Source of the DNA: Bacteriovoracaceae bacterium
Lineage (GTDB): Bacteria > Bdellovibrionota > Bacteriovoracia > Bacteriovoracales > Bacteriovoracaceae
NCBI GenBank assembly: GCA_018649885.1
Contig: JABIHA010000149.1
Location: forward strand, 1-53,696
Direction of reading: 5' to 3'
DNA: 53,696 bases
Below the pieces are notes generated by a model. It did not search any database. It was not told the DNA's origin and worked only from the letters and a program-made list of their open reading frames with translations. Positions within the stretch are counted from its first letter, which is position 1. Every line of letters begins with the position of its first letter. Shown in pieces: positions 10,284 through 18,742 of the stretch. A program made the position numbers and the translations under genes.

Positions 10284-11016
10284 AGTCTTGGTACTTTTAT
10301 CATTACTAGTATCCTTTTCTGGACACGGCATTGTAGTTAATCCAATTGTTAACAACTACTGTGTTGACTCTGATCAATTTAGTAAAAAAGAATTGGTGCT
10401 TAATATGGCCTCAAGTTTATTAGATTTTTCTTCTTATAAAGAGTTTGATGAAGGATTTGTGCAGAAATTTTTATTTGATACAATGTCTATTTCACCGCTC
10501 AATATGAATGATTCCGCTTTAAAGGTACAACAAGATAATTTTAATGCTGACCATGAATTCGATAAAACCTCTTTGATTGCTTTTGTAATACAGCCTATGC
10601 CTAGTTATGATGTTGCGGCCAGTGGTTACACTCGGATGATTCTACAATGTCGAAGCAATGTTATTAATGGTGGTGAGTCATTTACTTACGAGTGTAGGCT
10701 GAATAAAGGTGACGGAAATTTTGGGGTTGATCGCTTTGATACAAAACTCACAGTGAGTACTGTTAGCTCAATTTGTAGTCGTGGAGTGGAGCTTAATATT
10801 GAAGGCAATATTGAGGTTAATGATGCAGACTATGCTCATATACAATCAGAAATCGTGAAAGGGATTTCTCATTCACAAACTGCAAGTCAAATAAAAATTC
10901 CTCAAAAAATTCAAGATCTTCTTTTTGATGTTCAGGTTTTGTTTACGGAGTACTATCAATACTTTTATCAGGGCTGGATTAGTAAGTCTGGGTATCGGGT
11001 TTTGAAGAGTTGGTAG
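10276..11016 (+). CDS. Hypothetical secreted protein
   Basis: Start at 10273/10276 after a G-rich SD, overlapping the upstream stop; signal peptide MNKVLVLLSLLVSFSGHG. Confidence 0.65.
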   Translation: MNKVLVLLSLLVSFSGHGIVVNPIVNNYCVDSDQFSKKELVLNMASSLLDFSSYKEFDEGFVQKFLFDTMSISPLNMNDSALKVQQDNFNADHEFDKTSLIAFVIQPMPSYDVAASGYTRMILQCRSNVINGGESFTYECRLNKGDGNFGVDRFDTKLTVSTVSSICSRGVELNIEGNIEVNDADYAHIQSEIVKGISHSQTASQIKIPQKIQDLLFDVQVLFTEYYQYFYQGWISKSGYRVLKSW

Positions 11017-11028
11017 GGCCAGTTCATA

Positions 11029-11063
11029 TCCTAACTAACTTTTTTCACTTTTACCGCATCCTG
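11029..11063 (+). repeat. 35-bp direct repeat, copy 1
   Basis: TCCTAACTAACTTTTTTCACTTTTACCGCATCCTG; 33/35 identical to 12099-12133. Confidence 0.85.
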
Positions 11064-11095
11064 TGCGGCTGTAAATTTTCCATGCACCTATGGAG

Positions 11096-11806
11096 TTATT
11101 TTTTTAGACGTACTACGCATCTTACTCCAGAGCTATTGGGCCTGTATCCCACGTATGAAGATAATAAGCCTCTCACATGGCGGTAGACTTTTGTGTAATA
11201 GGTACTCCCTTCTTCAGGATCAAATATCCTGACCAGCCCATAACCTTGGTGTGGACCATGAGATTCACGAAAATAAGTATGTTCATACCTAGGGCAATTA
11301 TCGGACGTTTTTGCCTCATCCAAATGACCTTCTTCAGGATTAGTGTGATACACATTAGATGTCCAAAAATCAGGATAATTTCCATTTGTCATAACTAAAT
11401 TCGGAAGAACCTGCTCCCTGTACCCAGGTGGCACACTATTATTTTGATTGAAAATATCATTATTGGGGTCGAGAATATTAACTTCTGTCCTTACACCAAA
11501 GTAACCTCTTAATCGAATGATATCCGAAGTCGTAGGTAGGGTTGCTCCAATTCCGGCGCAAAAATCTCTGGCATCAAGCCAGCTAAGTTGAAGTGGTTCA
11601 CCTCTATCGTCTTTTGCTAAATCTCCCCATATTAAACCATCTTCATCCTCCCAGGCATCTCCTAGGTCGCGATAAGAAAAATTTTGATGAAATTTGTACT
11701 CTTTTCCGTCAGCGCCTTGAGATGTCCTGATATTTCGCTGGTGGGCCTGAACGTTTTGTATAAATAGTGTGGTTATGAATAGAATTAAAATCAATGATTT
11801 CGGCAT
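11096..11806 (-). CDS. Secreted DUF1566/Lcl-like (C-type lectin fold) protein
   Basis: Signal peptide; GLIW, SW.DA..FC…LPT, FWTS, terminal GVRCV. Confidence 0.6.
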   Translation of the reverse strand: MPKSLILILFITTLFIQNVQAHQRNIRTSQGADGKEYKFHQNFSYRDLGDAWEDEDGLIWGDLAKDDRGEPLQLSWLDARDFCAGIGATLPTTSDIIRLRGYFGVRTEVNILDPNNDIFNQNNSVPPGYREQVLPNLVMTNGNYPDFWTSNVYHTNPEEGHLDEAKTSDNCPRYEHTYFRESHGPHQGYGLVRIFDPEEGSTYYTKVYRHVRGLLSSYVGYRPNSSGVRCVVRLKK

Positions 11807-12098
11807 ATTACGCTCCCAGCGAAGATCCTAAAAAGTACTGATGGAGGATCCTACATTAAGAGTGACGCGCTGCGCAGTGGGTGTGTAGCTAATCCTGGCT
11901 TGTTAATCATTTCTTAACTTATTTTTTTCGCATTCTGGGCGGGTCTCCTTCGGCCAAGCTGGGTAACGGCCACGACCTCGGTTCTATAAGATATGGTGTC
12001 TTAGTGCTTGTCACCAAGTTGAAACATGCCACTGGCATGTTTCATCGAGGCCGTATCCTCAGGGGGCATCCAAATAAAAAAAGCAAGACCGGTGCTTG

Positions 12099-12133
12099 TC
12101 CTAACTCACTTTTTTCACTTTTACCACATCCTG
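12099..12133 (+). repeat. 35-bp direct repeat, copy 2
   Basis: TCCTAACTCACTTTTTTCACTTTTACCACATCCTG. Confidence 0.85.
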
Positions 12134-12196
12134 CTCTCGTGTCCCCCTCGACCCAAACCCTCCCTCATCGGTCGGCTTCTCCTGTCTCAGGGGCAT

Positions 12197-12242
12197 CCAA
12201 ATAAAAAAAGCAAGACCGTATGGTCGTGCTTTTTTTATTTGG
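12197..12242 (-). terminator. Long hairpin/terminator at the tRNA-Leu 3' end
   Basis: CCAAATAAAAAAAGCAAGACC-GTAT-GGTCGTGCTTTTTTTATTTGG. Confidence 0.7.
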
Positions 12243-12323
12243 TGCCCCGGGGGAGACTTGAACTCCCACGCCCGAAAGCAGTGGATTTTGAATCCACCGT
12301 GTCTACCATTCCACCACCAGGGC
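12240..12323 (-). tRNA. tRNA-Leu(CAA)
   Basis: GCCCTGG acceptor stem; TGGTAGAC D loop; GTGGA-TTCAAAA-TCCAC anticodon arm; long variable arm; GTTCAAGTC T loop; encoded CCA. Confidence 0.97.
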
Positions 12324-12603
12324 ACTTGAAATATGGAGACTACAGTAGATCTCAGGCAGTTAGCAGTCAATTGAAATCTCGGATGCTTAGCTTCTGTATG
12401 TAAATGGGAAATGAAATAAACTCTTGAATATAAAAGGAAAATCCACAGGAGATGATTTTATTATGTGCGATGCCCAAATAATGATAAAACGAGCTTGCAC
12501 AATTATAGGAAGGTTCCCATGTTAGGTTTAGGAAAATCAACCCTGTTGGTCTTTTCAATGCTCTTCTTTCTAGGGATAGCATTTTCATCCAATGGGCATT
12601 CAA

Positions 12604-13236
12604 TTAAAAACGAAAAAGTGAGTCAAAAAAGGGTGAGTCGCTAGAGTTTACGAACTCTTTAGATTCAACAAGGCCCCAGCTAACGAAAGTAAAATATTTT
12701 TTTACCAGCTTTTGGTAGAACTCATTAGATCTTTTATTTGAGTATGGGTCTTTAAATCCTGTTTGATCGAACATTTTCACATAATCACTTTCAGTAGGTA
12801 TATGGAGGTAGCAGTAGCGACAGCTCTTGCTAATAATCTTAAGTGCTTTTTCTACATCTTTATCTTCTAAGTATTGATGGATTGAATTACTAATCCCCAG
12901 ATCATATGGAGTTTTTGGTACCTTGAAATCTAGCATTGATTGATTGAGAAGCAGGATATCTTTGGTCCATTTTTTTCCATTCAATTTGTTGTGGACGTGT
13001 GTAGAGATATCGATGGCGCTACATTTTTCCGGTTTGAAAATCTGGACGATATCTTTTAGCAGCTCGCCAGATCCATGTGCGAAGTCAATAATAGAGTTAA
13101 CCTCAATTTCCATCAGATCCAATACCGAATGAAGGTATCTGGCATGCTCTTTGGAGTTGTAGGTGCCATCAATTAATGAGTCTTCCCCATAAATTGAATC
13201 AAAATATTTTTGTTCAAACTCTGTGTTATTTTCCAC
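12604..13236 (-). CDS. Class I SAM-dependent methyltransferase
   Basis: IIDFAHGSG motif I, AIDIS, YDL. Confidence 0.75.
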   Translation of the reverse strand: MENNTEFEQKYFDSIYGEDSLIDGTYNSKEHARYLHSVLDLMEIEVNSIIDFAHGSGELLKDIVQIFKPEKCSAIDISTHVHNKLNGKKWTKDILLLNQSMLDFKVPKTPYDLGISNSIHQYLEDKDVEKALKIISKSCRYCYLHIPTESDYVKMFDQTGFKDPYSNKRSNEFYQKLVKKYFTFVSWGLVESKEFVNSSDSPFFDSLFRF

Positions 13237-13258
13237 TTACTTTCTTTTGCGGCCTTAA

Positions 13259-15274
13259 CTAATCAAGATCTAGCTCACATTCCTTCAGAGGTTTATCATC
13301 TTTATTTCGATTGATTCTTCTTTCGAGCCCTGAAGGATGGTTAACTTCTTCAAGTAGATTAACCCAAAATGATTTTTTACACGAATTAATTTTCCCTTTT
13401 TCTAAAACTAGATCTTTTGTCCCAAGTTTTACCTCTGTTTGTTTTACTTTCTCGAGGAAAACTTTTTCATCAATACCGTATTCACTAGCAACTGTGAGGG
13501 AAACTTCTTTATAAAGTGTAGGCCGTGGATTTTCTCTTTCATTTTTTCTTACTAGCTCAAATATCCCGTAAGCTTTGGCCAGAGCATTTCTTCTTGCGAT
13601 TAATTTGTAGACTAGTGCTCTTTGCTGGAAATCTGGCCAGCCTGTAGAGCTAACTGCCGCCTCAACTTTGTCTTGCGATAGTCTCGCCATTTTTAATGCC
13701 ATCCAGCGGCCATCTGAATAAGTTGTCTTTTTCCAGGTTTTCTTTGGTTGGTAGACAATAAAATCGTGAAATAGAAATTTATTTCCTTTCTTCTCTACAA
13801 AGTCTGAGCCTACTTCAAGGGCGTTGATCATACCTGTAAATAGCGGCTTTCCAAGTGATGCTCCCATATCGTGATCAGATTCAACATATGTATCTTTTTC
13901 TCTGAAATTTTTGAGAATATAACCTTTGGAATTGTCGTCTTTAACATCTGTATTCCAAATCCAAAAATGAAATAATGCCAGTGAGCGAGCCACCCTACTT
14001 TGAGTAGCATGAACTGTGCTCAGAGCAACGGGACCGGCCTTAACAAGTACATCTCCGCTAAATTCAACAGAGGCTTCTCTAAATGTGATAAACTCGCGAT
14101 CAATATATTTTTCTTTTTTTATAGTCAGCTCTTTTGGAAGAGCACTTAAAACTTCTTCGGCATTTGAGGCCGTGATTTTGCCGTGATTTAATACATAGTG
14201 ATTCATTAGGAAATTGTATTGGCTGAGTAAGAAACAGGCCCTAAGGAGTCTGTAGGTCGCAACATCAGAGCATATCTCAGTAGCATTTTCCTCGGTTAGC
14301 TTTTTTATTTTTTCTTCATCTTCGCCTTTGTTTTTTTCAAGTACGAGGGTGATGGTATTTTTATTTGTTTTAGTTCCGGTATACATCAAGTCGTTATATT
14401 TTCCACCGAGCTCAACATAGAGTCTATTAACTACTGGTTCAGTTTGAATCTCATTTCCCAGCTTGAACTTCCACTTCTGACCAAAAATATCGCGGGCCTT
14501 TAATTTGGGGCTTGAGTGCCTAGGCTCCATTGATTTGTAGAATAGAACTCTAAAGCTATTTCTTAGGTCATATTTAATCTTCTTTTTTTTAAGTGTTTTA
14601 TTTTTTTTCCACAAAGATTTTGTCGTTTGAGTATTGACCCAGTTTTCTAAGTCTTCCCATGGCGTGGGGTGGGCCTTCATATATTTACTAGTATTCCATT
14701 TAGGATGATTTTTAGAAATATCTAGGTCCGCGACCTCAATAGGAGTACTACTTTCAAGTTCGTGATGATTTAAAAATTCACTTTCACTTTTGGGCATGTC
14801 CGAAGCTTCTTTATCTGCTTTATCGCCCAGTGGAATCTCTCTTTTCTTTTTTTTGAGTCCATGAATTTTAGTATCGAGATTGTGTATCTTTTTTATTTTT
14901 TTCCACAGATCCATTTTGCTTTTTTCAAGGATATCGGCATCAAGGGTATAGAGTATTCTTTTTGCTATAATGAAGGACTCGGCTGGATTGGGATTACTTT
15001 CAATCTCTTTTTGTGCAAATTTCAGAAATTGGTTTTCTTTCTTAGCGGTTTTTATTTTTTCTTTGTCAGAGGAATCATTGAGTACCATTGTGTTTCTTTC
15101 TCTTCTGGTAGCGAGTAGCTTACCCAGAGCATCAAAACTATTCTTATTAAAAGAATTTTCTACTCCCTTTTCCTCCAAATTTTTCTCGAAATCTGGAAGT
15201 GCAATATCCCACTGTGTAGCAAAAAGGTCGCTGAGACAGAAACAAGTTATTAAGGCTACTGTGATTTTTTTCAC
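13259..15274 (-). CDS. Secreted protein with atypical protein-kinase-like domain
   Basis: Signal peptide; SPKLKARD..GQKWKFKLGNE..TE, NTDVKDDN, HDMG; paralog of 5197..8517. Confidence 0.65.
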   Translation of the reverse strand: MKKITVALITCFCLSDLFATQWDIALPDFEKNLEEKGVENSFNKNSFDALGKLLATRRERNTMVLNDSSDKEKIKTAKKENQFLKFAQKEIESNPNPAESFIIAKRILYTLDADILEKSKMDLWKKIKKIHNLDTKIHGLKKKKREIPLGDKADKEASDMPKSESEFLNHHELESSTPIEVADLDISKNHPKWNTSKYMKAHPTPWEDLENWVNTQTTKSLWKKNKTLKKKKIKYDLRNSFRVLFYKSMEPRHSSPKLKARDIFGQKWKFKLGNEIQTEPVVNRLYVELGGKYNDLMYTGTKTNKNTITLVLEKNKGEDEEKIKKLTEENATEICSDVATYRLLRACFLLSQYNFLMNHYVLNHGKITASNAEEVLSALPKELTIKKEKYIDREFITFREASVEFSGDVLVKAGPVALSTVHATQSRVARSLALFHFWIWNTDVKDDNSKGYILKNFREKDTYVESDHDMGASLGKPLFTGMINALEVGSDFVEKKGNKFLFHDFIVYQPKKTWKKTTYSDGRWMALKMARLSQDKVEAAVSSTGWPDFQQRALVYKLIARRNALAKAYGIFELVRKNERENPRPTLYKEVSLTVASEYGIDEKVFLEKVKQTEVKLGTKDLVLEKGKINSCKKSFWVNLLEEVNHPSGLERRINRNKDDKPLKECELDLD

Positions 15275-15402
15275 TACAATCCTCCCTGTGAGCTTTCTTC
15301 AAGCATTAGGGATGTATTAACAAGTATTCTTGTCGTTGAATAGGACGTGAGTCACTAGATGTCGCGCGTCAAGTTGCTGCAAATGTGATTTTGTGTCCCG
15401 GG

Positions 15403-16368
15403 TTAACGCAAATTAATCAGCTTGAGAGCATCTCCAATTTTAAATTTACAGAAATCTTCGCCCAGGTGTTTTTTGAGTTCACTGTTATCAATGAGGCAAG
15501 AAAACTTTATGTAGTCTATGAGGTACTCAGGGATCCCTCTCCTGAAACTTTTAAGAAATCCAGCAATACTGCCAACAACTGAGACCGGAATAGGTATGCC
15601 GGGCGTTTCTAGCTTCTTGAGGGCATTTTTAAGTGAGATATACTCATTGGGTGCCACGTTATAGGTACCAGTGGGAACCTCAGTTATAGACCTGTAGATA
15701 ACATGGGCCATATCGTACTCGTGAATAAACTGAAAAATTGGATTGAAGTCGATGGGGTAGGGCGCATACTTGTAGGCCAAGTACTGACTAATTGTGTTTT
15801 TAATTTGGGCCCCAATAATATTGCAAGGACGTAGTACTACACCTTTAATTTGGTTTTGGTTTTTCCATACCCAATTTGTTGCAATCTGATCCATTTCCAC
15901 AACGTCACGCAGGTCTGGATACTTTATGCTGGCCCTGAGAGGAGCATCTTCTTTTATAAAAACAGGGTTGTCTGGGTATGCACCGTACACATGAAAGGTT
16001 GAGAGGATTACAATTTTTTTAATAGATGATTTCATACAAAGATCTAGTATTGTATTTGTACCTACAACACTTAAATCTAGCCTCTTGTGTACATTCTGAG
16101 AGGCAGCGTTGGCATGAGTGATTCTTCCCAGGTGAAGAACAACATCGAGATCGTGTGATCGAAAGATTTTTTCGAAATTCCCCCTCGAGTATTTTACTTT
16201 CTGGCAGGTTAAGCCTGGGATGGGAGGAATATTTCCTACATCTCTTACGTCAATGCCAATGATATTAACTCCTGGCATTTTTTTACTGATAATTTTAGCC
16301 GTAATTTGTGCCAATCCACCAGTAATCCCAATAATCAAAATATTTTTAATTTCGCTTGTTTCTAACAT
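15403..16368 (-). CDS. NAD-dependent epimerase/dehydratase (extended SDR)
   Basis: ILIIGITGGLA Rossmann loop, VVLHLG, LST..VYG, LRP.NI.G. Confidence 0.8.
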   Translation of the reverse strand: MLETSEIKNILIIGITGGLAQITAKIISKKMPGVNIIGIDVRDVGNIPPIPGLTCQKVKYSRGNFEKIFRSHDLDVVLHLGRITHANAASQNVHKRLDLSVVGTNTILDLCMKSSIKKIVILSTFHVYGAYPDNPVFIKEDAPLRASIKYPDLRDVVEMDQIATNWVWKNQNQIKGVVLRPCNIIGAQIKNTISQYLAYKYAPYPIDFNPIFQFIHEYDMAHVIYRSITEVPTGTYNVAPNEYISLKNALKKLETPGIPIPVSVVGSIAGFLKSFRRGIPEYLIDYIKFSCLIDNSELKKHLGEDFCKFKIGDALKLINLR

Positions 16369-17255
16369 TAGTCCTCTCCTGAGGAAAGGATATTAAAGCT
16401 GTAACCTCGTCTTGAGGGTAGACCTTTTTCTATCATCTCTTTAATTTGATTTTCTATTAGCATCACGTGTTCATTTATTTTGCTATCAGGTGCATCCGGT
16501 GAGAGGTCACTGGGCATCTTATAAGGTTTCCCAATGTAGATATCAATTTGTGTGGGAAGCGGAATTGCTCCAAAGGGACCCATTAATGGCCAGGTTGGAG
16601 TTACTGGAAATGACGGGAGCCCCATGACGCCAGCTAACTTCTTTGCATTATAGACTAGGGGGTAAGCTTCTTCTGCACCTACCACAGCAACTGGAAGCAC
16701 GTCAGTTCCTGTTTTTAGGGCCAATCGAAAGAAACCTTTTCCAAAGCTTTGGAGATTGTAAAAATTGTCAGTATTTTTATTTATTCCCCTTACTCCTTCT
16801 GGAAAAACTAAAATAGATTCCTCGCGTTCCAGAAGCCAAAGGCAATTTTGACGATCTCCAAGTACTGAGCCTCCTTTAGCAAGGAATTCTCCCGCAAAAG
16901 GTATGCTTGATAGAAATCTCTCAACCATTCCCCTCAAAATTCTTGGAGGATCAATGTCCAGACTGAAGGCCAAAGTTAATAAGATGCCATCAAAAGCAAT
17001 TTGACCCGTGTGATTAGCTGTCACCATATAGGGTTTGTTTTCTACATTTTCTGCACCAAATATTCTGACCTTGAAATAGTTTCGATACATTGGGTAAAAA
17101 AAGTCGATCATTTTCCTGCAGGTGTCTACATCAAGTCCCCAAGGATCTGGATTATCTTCGTTGTACCTAGACTTAAGTGTTTTAAATACCTGATCGAAAT
17201 GCTTTTGCTCTTCGCTAGTAATTCTTGGCCTGAAATTTTTCAACATTTTAATCAT
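16368..17255 (-). CDS. Lysophospholipid/glycerol acyltransferase (PlsC-like)
   Basis: NHTGQIAFD, VFPEG, PVAVVGAEE. Confidence 0.85.
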   Translation of the reverse strand: MIKMLKNFRPRITSEEQKHFDQVFKTLKSRYNEDNPDPWGLDVDTCRKMIDFFYPMYRNYFKVRIFGAENVENKPYMVTANHTGQIAFDGILLTLAFSLDIDPPRILRGMVERFLSSIPFAGEFLAKGGSVLGDRQNCLWLLEREESILVFPEGVRGINKNTDNFYNLQSFGKGFFRLALKTGTDVLPVAVVGAEEAYPLVYNAKKLAGVMGLPSFPVTPTWPLMGPFGAIPLPTQIDIYIGKPYKMPSDLSPDAPDSKINEHVMLIENQIKEMIEKGLPSRRGYSFNILSSGED

Positions 17256-17461
17256 TTATGCACCCTGCATCTCGCATTTTAAGGGTTTATAGCTGGTGAT
17301 ATCTTCTCAAATATTAATCACAAAATTAAGGAGAAAATACGCTGTGAATTCATTTTACTTAACCGAAAAGGGAGATACAATGCAGGTCTAATGTACCACC
17401 TAGCGTGCGAATAGCTGTGTAAATTGGGTGTATATTGGTAGGCCATTTCAAAGGTAGTGCT

Positions 17462-17785
17462 ATGGATAAATCAAAAGATTGGAAGAACAAAGTTCAAGGT
17501 TTGCTAAGTGTTTGCCAGACCGAAATAAAGAAAACCACTGCCATCGGTAAAAAGATGGTTGGCGCTACTATGACTAGCTCTAATTTACATGAGAGCTATG
17601 AAGAGCTAGGCAAGTTGGTTTTTAACAGTCTTAAATCCGGTGAACTCAGCTGGGATAATCAAGCGTCCAAGGAATTGATAGAAAAAATAGATTGCTTTGA
17701 AAATGATCTTAAGAAGTTTGAAATGGATGTTAAGACCATTAAGTCAGAGGAAGTACCGAAAGAAAAAACGGATATAAAGACTTAG
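17462..17785 (+). CDS. Small helical hypothetical protein
   Basis: ATG at 17462 after AAGG; coiled-coil-like composition. Confidence 0.65.
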   Translation: MDKSKDWKNKVQGLLSVCQTEIKKTTAIGKKMVGATMTSSNLHESYEELGKLVFNSLKSGELSWDNQASKELIEKIDCFENDLKKFEMDVKTIKSEEVPKEKTDIKT

Positions 17786-17832
17786 TTGTAAAATAGTAGG
17801 TATCTGGTAGTTTCTTTACTCTTTTTTTTTAC

Positions 17833-17990
17833 CTTTGACTTGCCCTTGCCCACCCAAAATAAATTATCTTTTAAGCCTAAAATTAACTGACCAAAATTAA
17901 AAATAGAAGATTTCTTTATGAAATATTTAGTATATTGATGATTTTCTGTTTATAGGAGATTTACCTTGGGTGGGCAAGGGCAAGTCAAAG
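17833..17990. repeat. MITE-like element with perfect 25-bp terminal inverted repeats
   Basis: CTTTGACTTGCCCTTGCCCACCCAA (17833-17857) and its exact reverse complement (17966-17990) flank a 108-bp AT-rich core. Confidence 0.7.
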
Positions 17991-18006
17991 TCAAAGGGTA
18001 GGAAAA

Positions 18007-18657
18007 TTACTGAAGTAAGAAATTAACTATCCCCTGCTCTAACTCTGGAACATTCGTTTTCTTTTCAGCCGACACAAAATAAATTTGCTGAACGTTTTTG
18101 TAATCCTCATAAATTTGAGGTTTTATTTTTTGAAGTTTGGCCCGCTCTTTCTGAGTTTTTAATTTATCGATTTTATTAAAAACTAGAAACCTGGGTTGAG
18201 TAGTATTACCTAGAAAATCGTTAAATTTTTGGTCAGATTTTTGGTGTGGATGTCTTGAGTCTTGAATTCCAACCAGTACCACTTTTGGTGAGAGATTTTC
18301 AAAGAAACTGCTCATCAGCAGATCCCAGTTTTTAGACATCTCTTTAGAGACATCTGCATGGCCATAGCCCGGTAGATCAAAAAGGTAGCAGGTTTTTATT
18401 TCTCTTTTTTCACCTTCCATCCAAGAAAGCTCAAAGCTGAATATATTAATTTCTCTAGTTCTTCCTGGAGTTTTTGAAGTCCTAGCAGTTTTCCCTCCGA
18501 ATAGAGAGTTGATCAAGCTAGATTTACCGACATTAGATCTCCCCAGCATTGCTATACCGGTAACTTGGTTATTTTCTTTAAGCCATCCACTTAATTGATC
18601 AACTGAGCTGATTCCTAATTTGAAGTTAACATGGCCTCTGGGGAGTTTTACTGTCAT
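18007..18657 (-). CDS. engB: Ribosome biogenesis GTPase EngB/YihA/YsxC
   Basis: GRSNVGKSSLIN, SKTPGRT, DLPGYG, NKID. Confidence 0.95.
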   Translation of the reverse strand: MTVKLPRGHVNFKLGISSVDQLSGWLKENNQVTGIAMLGRSNVGKSSLINSLFGGKTARTSKTPGRTREINIFSFELSWMEGEKREIKTCYLFDLPGYGHADVSKEMSKNWDLLMSSFFENLSPKVVLVGIQDSRHPHQKSDQKFNDFLGNTTQPRFLVFNKIDKLKTQKERAKLQKIKPQIYEDYKNVQQIYFVSAEKKTNVPELEQGIVNFLLQ

Positions 18658-18742
18658 CGCCTGCTCCTCGAGTGTAGTTATTCTAAGTTTTGTGATTTCG
18701 TATCATAGTAAATCTGTGTTGAAAAGAACCAAAGGGGAATTG

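Noticed and set aside
11096..12240. Diversity-generating retroelement targeting the lectin-fold gene
   Set aside because: No reverse transcriptase, and no template repeat matching the gene's 3' end was seen; the nearby repeats are non-coding
11029..12240. CRISPR array
   Set aside because: Each repeat occurs only twice with irregular spacing; no cas genes
12004..12603. Track ORFs 12004..12204, 12026..12403, 12101..12370 and 12367..12603
   Set aside because: They overlap the tRNA and repeats or lack an SD and protein-like features; probably spurious
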